A DNA stretch of 57,974 nucleotides, the filler included, from Perkinsus olseni (taxonomy: Eukaryota), in NCBI GenBank assembly GCA_013115125.1. It is 2 parts of 2 records of this genome, joined end to end, with 100 filler letters (N's around TTAATTAATTAA, not from the genome) between each part and the next. Parts side by side here need not be neighbours in the genome. Positions count along the whole stretch, not along the records: positions 1 to 28,973 come from JABANN010000439.1; positions 29,074 to 57,974 come from JABANN010000440.1. One strand, written 5' to 3'. Both the position numbers and the translations under genes were made by a program. Each line of letters opens with the position of its first letter. Position 1 is the stretch's first letter. The notes under the pieces were generated by a model. It saw only the letters and a program-made list of their open reading frames with translations, searched no databases and was not told the origin of the DNA. Of this stretch, positions 23,097-34,239 are shown piece after piece.

Positions 23097-23169
23097 TACC
23101 CTGTTCTATTCTTGCAAGCCTTTCCTGCTCCATTGCCACATTTTCTCGTTCCTTCACCACTTTGGCTGC

Positions 23170-25392
23170 AAGAGTCTCTGCGCGTTCAGGAGATAGATGC
23201 AGAGATCCTCGGAGTCCCAAGCGGCGCTCGCGTGCTGGAGATTCACAGCCAGCTGCAGAAAGTATCAGACGACCTGAATGATATGGTTGAAGACCTGCTG
23301 GAGGAGCGTGAGAAGGTGAAGAATAAGAAGACAGGGATGGCCACACGATTAACGGGAGATATAGGTATACCTCTTTAGGACTTCTTCTTGGCCTATCGCA
23401 CCCACATGTTCACCGTCCAACGCGAGCTGACCTCTCTGAAGAATCTGTCGGACTCGAACGAGACGAAAGGGAGGAGGGTGCAAAAGGTGAGATGAGATAC
23501 TCTTGTTTCTGACGAAGGTGGTTCGATGCAGGTCCGCTCTTTAGAAGCTGAGCTACAGTGGTTCACGGCTGAAGCTTTGAGGTGAGGACTCGACGGGCAT
23601 TAGGGCGATAAAAACTGCGTCAGTGGTCCCGGTTGCACTCACGGCTCCGTCGATGTGGACATCTTATCGCCAGTCTCACATCAGGAAGGTTAATGGCGTT
23701 TATCGCACCGTGGGTGAAAAATCACATGTATTGAAATAAAATAATGGCCCTGTCCTCTATGAGACACTGTATTGAATAATTTATTACAGTGTATTATACA
23801 GGACAGGGGCTTTCCATCCCATCACTTAGTTGAAGCACGGGGAAACGAGCACCGTCAGGAAAGTCGAGGTGCTTTCGCACTCAAGATCGAGTCGCGCTCA
23901 AAACAAGGCACAAATCGAACCGCGCTTGATAGGCTTGACGATCTTTGTAAGAAACACCAGAAGCGACTGGAGAGGTTTCGGGGCAACGTGCAAGAACTGG
24001 AGGATGACCGCGCCTTTCTGGAGGAGGAAATCACAGCTTCACGAACGGAGTTCAAGGCGTTGAAAAACGCTGTAGGCCAAGCCCAGGTAAACAAGATATC
24101 GTTCTCTAGGATGATAGGATAGAATGATGGCAAATAGGATGATAGCGCCGAAGCAAGATTCGGGGCGCCCGCATATGCTTGTGACCGTCACATGCATTGC
24201 TACGTTGTGACGGAACGGGGCTCCTGTCCCGAGATGAAAACGAGTCTCCGAGATGGAAAGACTCTTCTTCATCTCCTTTCATGAGAGTACCCAGACCCAA
24301 ATACGGCCGTCTTAATTCCTGCCCGCATCTGATCCGATCAGTGAAGATCGATTGAGTAAAGCACAGTACTACTGGTGGCAGGAGATAGCTGAATTGTGTG
24401 ATCGTGCAATCAGTGACCCGCCCGTAGCGCAGAAGAAATTTGACAGCGGCTATTATAGCGGGAGGCCGATGATAGACTGTCTTAGTCGAGTAACTTGTTC
24501 TAATATGATCAACGGGAATCTGATCTATCGAACCGCGAAACTCGAGTCCGCTGAGTTGATACCAGGTATATGGCTTTTTCAGACTGCCGTCGAGAGAAGG
24601 GAAGACAGGGCTAGAAGCGGTGGAATTCCTGGTGATACTGAAAGCCGTGCAGAGCGCGACAGCAGGGGGAGGGAACAACACTCAATCGGGCCGGAGCAGT
24701 AAGGAATCATATCTGACTTTCGTGTCCTTGCTTAGTTCGACAGGAGCACCGATACGTTGCAAGAAGGAGAACTGCGAGAGCGCTATGACCAAGTGGTGGA
24801 GGACTTAAGTCGGAGTATTCGTACCGAGAAAGCTGCGATCAACCGGCTTCGCGATGATGCCGGGGATAAGATGAGAGAGTCAAGCATAGCTCAACCCGGC
24901 CCTGTGGAGGGCCTGGCGGATATCTTCACGCGATGTGTTGATGAAGTGAGGGTCGAGCGGTCACACCTCTCGTGCAGTGGAGCGGGCGGTTCTGGAGGCT
25001 GCCGAACCGGTGCCAGTTGTTTCACGTGATTGGACCGTAAAATTTCAGGTGAAGGGCCGAATAGTCGAGAGAAGAAACCATTCGGCGAAAGAACACACGA
25101 AAATGAGAAGCGAAAGCGGTGCGCTCATGAGTTACACGATGCATTTATCGGGTTAATTTCAGCGAAGAGTCGGGTTGAGCCACGCGACGTAGGGCTGAGC
25201 TGGCTGACTGCCGGTGACCGAAAGCACCTTTTGGAGACATTCTTACTTGACAAAAAGGTCCGAGTGTCAGATAAGCTGCATGAGGAAGTCAACAGTTGTT
25301 ATGTTCTGTACACGTGCAAGGTACTCCAACTGCTACTTGATGAAGTGCCGTCGAGTAAAGAGTCTGGCGTGCTTGAAGGTCATGCTAGTTAG
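23170..25392 (+). CDS. Multi-exon coiled-coil protein (possibly CFAP157-like ciliary protein)
   Basis: Exons with GT-AG borders: DFFLAYRTHMFTVQREL, LEAELQWFTAEALR, LEDDRAFLEEEI, LADIFTRCVDEV, DRKHLLETFL. The start is uncertain. Confidence 0.6.
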
Positions 25393-25872
25393 ACATGACT
25401 AGCGTGTTGACATTCGGTTGTGTCGAGTTTGATGGAGTGAGGAGTGGCCTAGAATATTGTGCTGCTCGCTTTCATCAAATTTGAAGTACCGCAGCCATAC
25501 TTAGACCACGGGTTCGGGTAACTGTGGACTTTTCGTATTCTCGGGTTTGAGTCACCACAGGTTAGTGGTGAGCACTACTCTGAGTGGTGCTGTGAGTCAG
25601 ACTCAGTGACGAGTCGTTGGAATTAATGCACGTTGTCGCCGACACTTGTCGGTGAGGAAATAACGTGGAATGAGGAAAGCCCCGCCGCGTTAGGAAGCCT
25701 ATCATTGGAATGACTCCGGGGCTGCCAATACTCAACCGCGACACCGGAGGTTCTGCACATGCGTGCATTCTCGAGTAGCCTTGCACGCATGCGTACGGTG
25801 GACGTCACCCATCGCCGGTGGGCCATCGGTAGTGGGATAATATCCCAGGGATATTGAGTATGAGACTCAGAT

Positions 25873-28013
25873 GTGGCCCACATCTTATCCGATCATCCTG
25901 GGAAACCTTTCAAGGCCCGTCCGCCGGCAGGAACTATATCACTTCGACGGGCGTGGGGAATAAGGCCTACAGAAGATGGGGAACGTGGCGTGAAGCGCCA
26001 ACGCGAGTCGCGGGAGGCCGCGGGCTCGGAGCCCATACGCCGTGATCTTGTAAATGAATACGAGGAAGAGCATCGCGGCACCTCAAGTTCTTCGGCGAGC
26101 AGAGCGGATGCAGTAGAAGACAATAGTAACGCCCCTCCCAGCAACGTGGACGTAACTGGAGCAGCTTCATCATCTACTGCTGCTGCTCGAGCTTCTTTGG
26201 TACCTACTCTTACTCGAGGGGGATCCCTCAGGAATCAGGAGAAAATATTGAGTGAAATAGCTGCCCTTAGAGAATCTGTAGACAAGGTCCTGGAAGGCGA
26301 AGCGGCGAAGCGTTTCAAGGGTGGCTTCGTGTCGGCGGTGAAGAGCATCTCGCCTAACTTCCGCGTATGCTGGCTATCGAACCAAGTAATATGTACAATA
26401 TGCGAGTCCAACAAGCACAGGATACACACGTCCGACCTACCGGCTCAACTGGATCGCGTCGGGAGGTTTGACATCGGTACAACTGGTGCAGCACCGGTAG
26501 CGGCTCGAAGGCGAACCATTATTGACTCCCTCAAGGACCACGAAGCCACCGTTACTCACCGTCGTTGCAGCGAGCTTGCACAGCGCTCCGTAGATGACCA
26601 AAACCGACGGACGGAGATGAACATTGCGCGCGTGGCCTATATTACAGTGGTGGAAGGAGACAGCTTCGCCAGATTTGAGAGATCGGTGGCGAATCTTGCT
26701 CTGGCAGGGAGCCCGGTGGGTGATATCAACCACTCAAGGAAATTTCTCAGCACATTTGCGAAGGCTATGAAAAAAGAACTGCTGGATCGTCTTGTTCATG
26801 TTCTGACATCTCCCCAAAGATGCTTCGGCTCTAGGCCGACTCCGCTGGGAATCGCCACTGACAAAGTCACACTAGCGAGAAGAACGTTGCAACCAGTATC
26901 AATAAGCGGTATAGTAGGAGGTGAGCTTGGGTGAATCTCGTTCTTAAGCGGACCGAATTTATCTGTTGGGCAGGTAAAACACAAGCATACTTGATCGGCG
27001 CTCCTCCCGCTGTCGATAAAAGCGGGCGGGGTCTTGTAAGCTTACTGGTTCATACAGTCGAAGGCGCCGGGATCTCGAAACATCATCTGCGATCGCATTG
27101 CGTGAACTTATCAACCGACGGAGAATACGTCAATCTACGTGCAGGAAATAGGTAAGCCCTCGGACGGATGAGTCATCTCGGTTGACTGGATGATTGACTA
27201 ACGACCTCGTGGAGAAGGTTAGCCGAGGAGTTGGACATAGACTATTCCGACGACGGCTCTTCGCAAATATTTCACGGGTGGGACGTGGCACATCGCCTTG
27301 AACTGGCTCATCAAGATGCTCACAGAGAAGTGGATTTGCGTGGCACCCTTCACGCTGAGATCCAGGGGAAGGTAGGAAAGGATTTCGAGCGGACGAGAGA
27401 AGCTGCAGGCGAGCTCGGGGTCCGATTCTACTCGCCAGTGGCGAGTCGCCACTTTCCTACTGCAGAACTCGGTGGTGCAGCTCAGAGCGGAGGGTCCTAT
27501 TGAACTTCTCCAGAAACCTGGTGGCTATTCATCATGCCGATGGAAGCGATCCCAAAGTCAAATACCTCGAATGCGGTTGGGCCTTCATCTTCTGTGTGGT
27601 ATATGACACCTTGACTCACATGAGTGAGGTTTCGCTCATCTCCCAAAAAGTCGCGATGCGACCTTGGGAGATATGGCGATCTCTATGTGACTACAGAGAT
27701 CGATTAATCCTATGCGAAGCTGAGTTGGCCCTCATTGAAGAATCAGCAAGGGACGGCACTTTGTCTGCTCTCGATTTCGATTGCGATAATTTGCCAACTC
27801 ACCATCAGTGTACCAGTCGTCACTGACGACTGGTACACGATTGGAGACTTGCCACTGTACGGACTGAAAGTGTACCACTGGATACTGCACGGGCAGCTAG
27901 TTTACGGATTCTCACTTGAGCCGCCTTCTTCAATCAATGCCCACTGTGATGCATCCGTAGTGCGTGTGGTGAACCCCAGGCCGTGGTCCACAACGCTCCA
28001 GCTGGAAGTATGA
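25873..28013 (+). mobile_element. hAT-like DNA transposase gene with introns, probably decayed
   Basis: Zn-finger-like CTIC...HEATVTH; catalytic-type IATDKVT and STDGEY; WDVAHRLELA (CxxH-equivalent motif). Apparent introns at 26920-26973 and 27152-27217; later frameshifts; no TIRs identified. Confidence 0.7.
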
Positions 28014-28516
28014 GATAAAGAGTGCTGATTCACACCCGTAAACTACGCAGTCCGCTGTTACACCTAGTGTAGCCTCGACATCATCTGTCGGGCGTGCGCT
28101 GCCGTTGAAGCTTTGACGTCAGGACGCCGACAATCGCGGGACGGTCGATGACTCATCGACGATGAGTCTGATTCCCAGAGGCCTTGGGCCAAGCCGTACG
28201 ACATTGTGGCACTGAGCAGGTATCCCGGACGTGCAAGGCGAAAGCCTAGGAGTCCAAGGCTACTAGCCTAACGACCCATTTGTTGCTGATATCTTTGATT
28301 CCGATGACTTTCGGGTACTTTCACGTGCCAACTTTGAACAAAACACATCGCTCGGATTGAATGCAAACATCTATACTTATCGGCTGAGTTGTTGACAGGC
28401 TAATGACGGAAAGAAAGAGGTACATGCAAACTCTTCAGATCGTCACCAAAGGACGTAGTTAGCGATCGCCTATCGCGGTTCAAAGGCCAATTGATGAGCC
28501 AGACAACATGGCCTTC

Positions 28517-28945
28517 TCAATAGCCGCTGACTAGGCTCGCACTCACTTTCGAGGTGCCGTTACAATAGGCGACGCACTCGAGAGCGAGGTCTGGCACTTT
28601 CAGTCTGCCATATCCCCTCAAATGCCCGAAATAATATCCTAGTGCATAAGTTTCCAGAACGACTGACTCAATGGTGAGGTTGGAGCCCGGAAGAACTATG
28701 GGAGTTGTCGACGATAGATACACCGGTAAGACATGTAAATCCTCGCTCGTGGGTTCCACCACTGTGCCGGCGATAGCCAGAAAGCCCTCGGTGATTTCCC
28801 AGCTGGCGCGAGCTGGTGTTCTCGCTGCGAAATGCGAGGATTTCGTAGAGCCTAGGAATGAACTTCCGCTAAGAATCGTGATCTCTGTCCACATTCTGTT
28901 TGATACCCTACACGAAACTTGTGTAGTGTAGAGTGGTGCAAACAT
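28517..28945 (-). CDS. Membrane-anchored family member 4 (C-terminal part, next to an assembly gap)
   Basis: NRMWTEITILSGSSF, VEPTSEDLHVLPVYL and LETYALGY match the three paralogs. Confidence 0.6.
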   Translation of the reverse strand: MFAPLYTTQVSCRVSNRMWTEITILSGSSFLGSTKSSHFAARTPARASWEITEGFLAIAGTVVEPTSEDLHVLPVYLSSTTPIVLPGSNLTIESVVLETYALGYYFGHLRGYGRLKVPDLALECVAYCNGTSKVSASLVSGY

Positions 28946-29017
28946 TGGTCCGTGACGCGCTCGCCCAGGTGGCNNNNNNNNNNNNNNNNNNNNNNNNNNN
29001 NNNNNNNNNNNNNNNNN

Positions 29018-29029
29018 TTAATTAATTAA
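29018..29029. other. Artificial six-frame stop linker inside an N gap
   Basis: TTAATTAATTAA centred in a 100-nt N block (28974-29073), typical of contig concatenation. Confidence 0.92.
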
Positions 29030-31039
29030 NNNNNNNNNNNNNNNNNNNNNNNNNNNNNNNNNNNNNNNNNNNNGGCTATGTTTGCAGGGGTGGCACTTTT
29101 ACCACGCGAGACTACTGCAGTGTGAGGTAGCATCCAAGGTCGAAGCTTGCCTTGGACAGAATGATATGATATCAGTTTCATCTTTATTGACTGTCCCGGT
29201 GGTTGCCATGATTTCGGTATGGAGAGTCATTCAGGAGTTGATTCTGTCGCCCGGTTAAGGACCGGCAAGCTTACAGTGAGTACAATTTGGTGCGACTCAT
29301 CAGAGTTTACAACGGATTTGAGGCCTCTTCAAATGAATAATGCGAGGTTATGAGAAGCCAAACCTTGGTCTCACTCGAAGAAGGTGTCCCGGCGTCGAAC
29401 GTGAAAGTGTAAGCGAAGTGAAAGTTTCCACTCCGCCTCAGTTCCTTAGAGTATTCAATAACTGTGACGGCGTCCCCAAGTGGCTCCAGTGGAGTTAGGG
29501 GTCTATTGTTGCAGATTCAAGTTGACGCTGAGGCGGTGGTGCGTGTGATCCCCTCGGCGACGACGGCAGAGCAGCACAACTGTACAGTGTCTGCGGATGT
29601 CGCTGGCCTCCACCCGAGTGAGTGCCGGGAGGGTCTTTTGTGAGTGCCCTATCGTGCGGGCTTCGCACCACCGCAGTTCATCTAGCGTGATGCAAGAGTC
29701 GATCTGAAGATTCTTGAAACGGGCGTATCTTTTGGCGATGCGAGAAATGAACTTTTCAACGCAGTTACTTTGCCATGTCCGAGTAATCTCACCTCATCCA
29801 GTTCGACACCGATCTACCTGCCTGTGGGAGATCACGTTCTCGCTCTCGAGATGATGCTGGAGGGGCTCTACAAGTCGGTCACCTTTATGGTTGTTTTCGC
29901 CCGGAATCGTGAATCAGGGTTGAAGTTAGCATTGCGCGCTGTGGTGACGGAGTTATAGAGGGATATGGTGAAGAGTGCGACGTAGGAAGATCTTATTCTA
30001 CGGTGAGCCGGGATTCGATACTCGCGGAGAAGGTCAGCAATAATCTTCCCGCTTTTGTAGCACCCTCCCGAAGTCCTATCAACCCGGGTTTTCTTTTCTT
30101 CAGGCGTGCCTCAGTGCGCAGTGTCTGGCCGCGCCAGGCTACGTCTGCATGGGAGGCGGATGCTCTCGAGGGCCCACACGAGCGTTGAGCGTCGGCTGTC
30201 GTGGATACCATTGTGCTCGGCACACTCTTGCTCAAAATGTCGATGGCGGGATGGTCGCGATATCTAGCGGGTGCGCGAGGGAGTTTCGCTCGTCATACCA
30301 AATTTTCCCAGCTTCAGGGCTGAGTTTGCAAACGTGACGAGCGTTCTTCGCGTTGCGACCGAAGGCATCACTCACGTGCTCATCGTCGAGCAATGCAACT
30401 TGGAGGAAGTATCGTTGACCAGAGAAGGACAGGATGCTCAGCTATGCTTCCCGCAGGAGCAGGTCGGCCTCTGACTGCTCACGTCCAATGATAATTCTGT
30501 CGAGCACAATTGGCCTCATCCCGAGCCAGTTGACCGTGCCTGGTTTCCCGAGGCTCGTGAACACTCTCGCGCTTATCTTGATGGCTCACTACAGTGTTCT
30601 TGGTTCAACTAGCTTGGAAGATGTTCTCAATGTGTATGGCATCAGTTTTTTCCAGTGGAAACACGGAAACTTTTNNNNNNNNNNNNNNNNNNNNNNNNNN
30701 NNNNNNNNNNNNNNNNNNNNNNNNNNNNNNNNNNNNNNNNNNNNNNNNNNNNNNNNNNNNNNNNNNNNNNNNCTTTCCAATCCAACGGGGGCTGGATGGC
30801 TCATTCTCAGGCACTAGTGCAGTGGAATTACACTGGTATGTTCTACTTAACCCCCTTCTCACCCGCAGCCCGACTCCACCTTCTCATCGTAAGCATAGTG
30901 CGCTCGAGGGGGTAGCCAAAATCTGCGATAACGTGAAGGAAATATTTGTGAAGAATTTGCTTCGGAAACAGAGTCGTCGCATTTGACAGGGAAATTACGG
31001 TGTTAGGTTAATGATTATCGCGACAATTCTAGCTAGACA

Positions 31040-31061
31040 AACGTAGTCGCTTTGGCTCAAG
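31040..31061 (+). other. Relict spliced-leader (DinoSL/Perkinsus SL-like) sequence
   Basis: AACGTAGTCGCTTTGGCTCAAG matches ACCGTAGCCATTTTGGCTCAAG at 18/22, with the 3' 11 nt exact; it is not followed by a GT donor. Confidence 0.65.
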
Positions 31062-34000
31062 ATTACCTCCTTCTTCGAATCAACGAAAGCGAGCAACCTC
31101 GTGCTGCTGATATATACGAGGTTCAGCTTGGCAGACGGAGGCAGACGATGAGAAGGGTGCAGGAGATTCCATCAGTTTAGGGTTCAGACACACTGTCTCT
31201 ATTTATCGGGGAGCAGCTGCCTAGATGCCTCCAGGCAGAGAAATGGAAGGATACAAGGACGATGCTGGTGACCAGGAGCTGAGGTGAATTCAAGGCACAC
31301 CCTCTCCCTATCATCGAGCTGTAAAGGCCAGGGACCAGAAGAGAGATATTGAGCCTACGTATTTGTCTCACCAACTTCCTCCCTCTTCTGGAGCACCAAT
31401 TGGTTGCTGCTCTCTGCCTTTATGGATCAGCCAGCATCGCTGTGTTGATCGCGTAGCATAGAGCTTATGAGGCATGATCAAGATGCCTCCGCAAGGACAG
31501 CGATGTTGAGAATTACATCTCGAGGAATGAGAGACTGCCGGTCAACTTGACCAGGTCAAAGCGGGCCTGATGTGCAGTGCAATTTTACTGCTATGTTCTA
31601 CTTGACCCCCTTCACACTTGGAGATTGGCGGAGATGCGAACCAAGATCGAGAGCGTGGCGAAGGCCTTCAACGTCAAAGACATGATCATAACGGCGACCA
31701 TATTACCACCGATAAGCACCAGGCGTAGGCCCAGCAACAACTTACTTGGATGCATTGCCCTCCGAGAAGAGCTTCGCAACAGGGACTATTCTGATTCGGT
31801 GTTGACGCTACGGGCCAAACCGAGCGGGGGATTCCTGGTCCAAAGCTGCTCGGAGTCAAGGTGAAGAAACTCACGGACAATCACATACTCGGAATATAAG
31901 AGAAATGGGGCGAGACTACTTCAGATGAGGCCTAGGGATACAACGATCTGGAGACGAAAGATAGCTTGTATGGCAGCTTGTCACATGGTCCGCTCCAACG
32001 GTCGGAGTCCGACCTCGTCAGCTTCGTTAAGTACTAACGGGTCACTGCGGCACCTCTCCCCAAGAAGAATTCTGGTTGTATGAGGATGACAGTGGAGACC
32101 TCAGGGTCAGAGGCAGCTATAGCTGAGCTCCCTGTATTTGCCAAGATCATTCGTGAGAGAATGGCTGTTTCTGCAGACGGGAGACCGTCTGCTATGCTCT
32201 CATCGAACCTAGCATGACTTTCTCTGGGTCCTTACAGTGTAAGAGTCTTACAGTGTGTTAGTCCCGCGGTGTTTCACGATGTAAGGCTTACACTGTTCTA
32301 CATCGGCCGTACTTACTCAGAGAATGACCATCGATGAGCACAAGGCGCGAGAGGCCACGCTCTCGCTGGCTACTCACCGCCAAGTTGTGAAAGAATTGCT
32401 CGAGATGCTCGGGGAGTCTGATAAGCTGTGTGCTGCAACCGTTTAGTCGACCGTTACAGCGTCAGACGCGACCAACTTCTCTTTGTGAACAAAAAAACCA
32501 TCGTTTTTCAGGGTTGCCCGAAGAAATGCTCGCTTCTTAGAGACAGTTCATCTATCGATCTATCGGGGAAGCCGCGTCCCATCCAACTACTTTCATTTTG
32601 AACTGAGTTGGACACAGAGTCGCTAGATAATTCGGATCATTTTCGAGCTGGCCTGTTTCACCTGGACATGTTCCATTTTCAAGGATATTCAGGAATTTCG
32701 GAGGTACCTCGTCTCGTTCCTGCCGATATCCTCGTGTTGCTCAGGCACCCCAGATCTGCGGGGACGGCATTCATGTGCTCGGCGAGGAGTGTGACGGTGC
32801 CTCACTCGGATGCTCCTCGAAGGACTGCACAGTGCTGCCTTATCATGCATGTATCGGGTCATCATATGGTGCCCGTCGGAGTAGATGCATCCCCATCAAC
32901 ATGGACGGTGAGTGCCATTTTGTCTCCTAGTGGGAGAGCACGCTGCCACCTCCATTCTAACCTTCCTCGGGCCGACTTCTCCTTCGTCGATTGGACATCT
33001 GCACATTGTGCTGTACACCTTTATCAGCACTAAGGGCGTTTTCGCCTGTCACTTCAATCCTACATTCCGGAATCTTGAATTTCTCTTCGAAACGCCAACC
33101 GCTGCGGGCTGTCTCTTTCTCCCATGTCACTTTTCTAGCCTTGTCAGGTTCCATCTACTGCAAGCACCGTTCCTGCAGTTCGTTGTCGATCGAGCCGGGA
33201 CCATTGAACGGCTCCGTGGTGGTTGGTCGTTCTGGCTCGGTATCTGCGTTCGAGAAGGCTCACATCCACGTCAAGCTCGCTAGAGGAACTAGAGCTGTTC
33301 TTGGGTGGTTAGGGCTGACCACTGGGATAGGCTGGCAGTGTGGCCCTGGACGGCTGGACGTTTTCGGAGAGGCGCTGGTGGGCCTTGGGCCGGCCCGCAT
33401 CGTCTCGGAACCGCCACACCTGCTTTTGTTTGATTAGTGCTCTCTTTTTCTCTAGTCAGGGTGTCGGCCGGAGAGCTCTCGGTACCTTGGTGAAATCGAG
33501 ACAGACGAAGGCATCGAGAGAAACGTTCTCGCTTGGAGGGTGATAGACTCTGGGAAGAAGCAAGATTTGATCATCAAATGGAGCACAGTTGACTGGTGAG
33601 ATGGCACTTAGCGGTATCATGTTGAGTGGTTACAAGCCTCCCCAGTTGTGGAAGCGGATCCTGCCGGGATCATCCTGCCGGGAGAAAAGGAAGTATCTTA
33701 GGTTTGCCCGGCCCTCTACCTGAGCGCTACTTCCTGTGCTCAATAAACTTGCCTAAACTCATCCCTCTCGAAACAAGATACATCGGTGCTAATCTGACTA
33801 AGCCGGATCTCGGCGTTGGACTTGAACTCACACACACTGATTACTAAAATCGATACCAACATCAGTGCTGGCAGAAATTACTGAGAGACTTTGGCCTAGA
33901 TATTAGCATTCGGTCAGCCGTTCCCCGCGAGAACAGATATATAGTACTGGGGTTAGTGAACTGCGTCTATGGATGCCGCTGGAGATTGGATTTAAAGGAT

Positions 34001-34239
34001 TCGCTCGTCAATACTGTACGGTTCGTGTAGTACACGGTGCGGGTTTCCTGGCATGACTCATACCGTAAAAACCGTAACGAATGCATACCGTATGAGCAAA
34101 GCATGAGTTCATGATAATCTTTGCCACTCACTCGATACGTTCCCGCAGGGCTGCCGTTGGTAAGAAAAGATAGCTCTCTTCGTAGGCCCTACAACCCGGG
34201 GCTCACCACTAACGTATCGTGGTCTATGATGATCATTGG

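Noticed and set aside
28974-29073. TTAATTAATTAA island within Ns as a biological motif
   Set aside because: It is the standard six-frame stop linker used when joining contigs; adjacency across it should not be trusted.
29074-30480. Possible minus-strand gene
   Set aside because: Only short, stop-interrupted frames with no recognisable motifs; a call cannot be supported.
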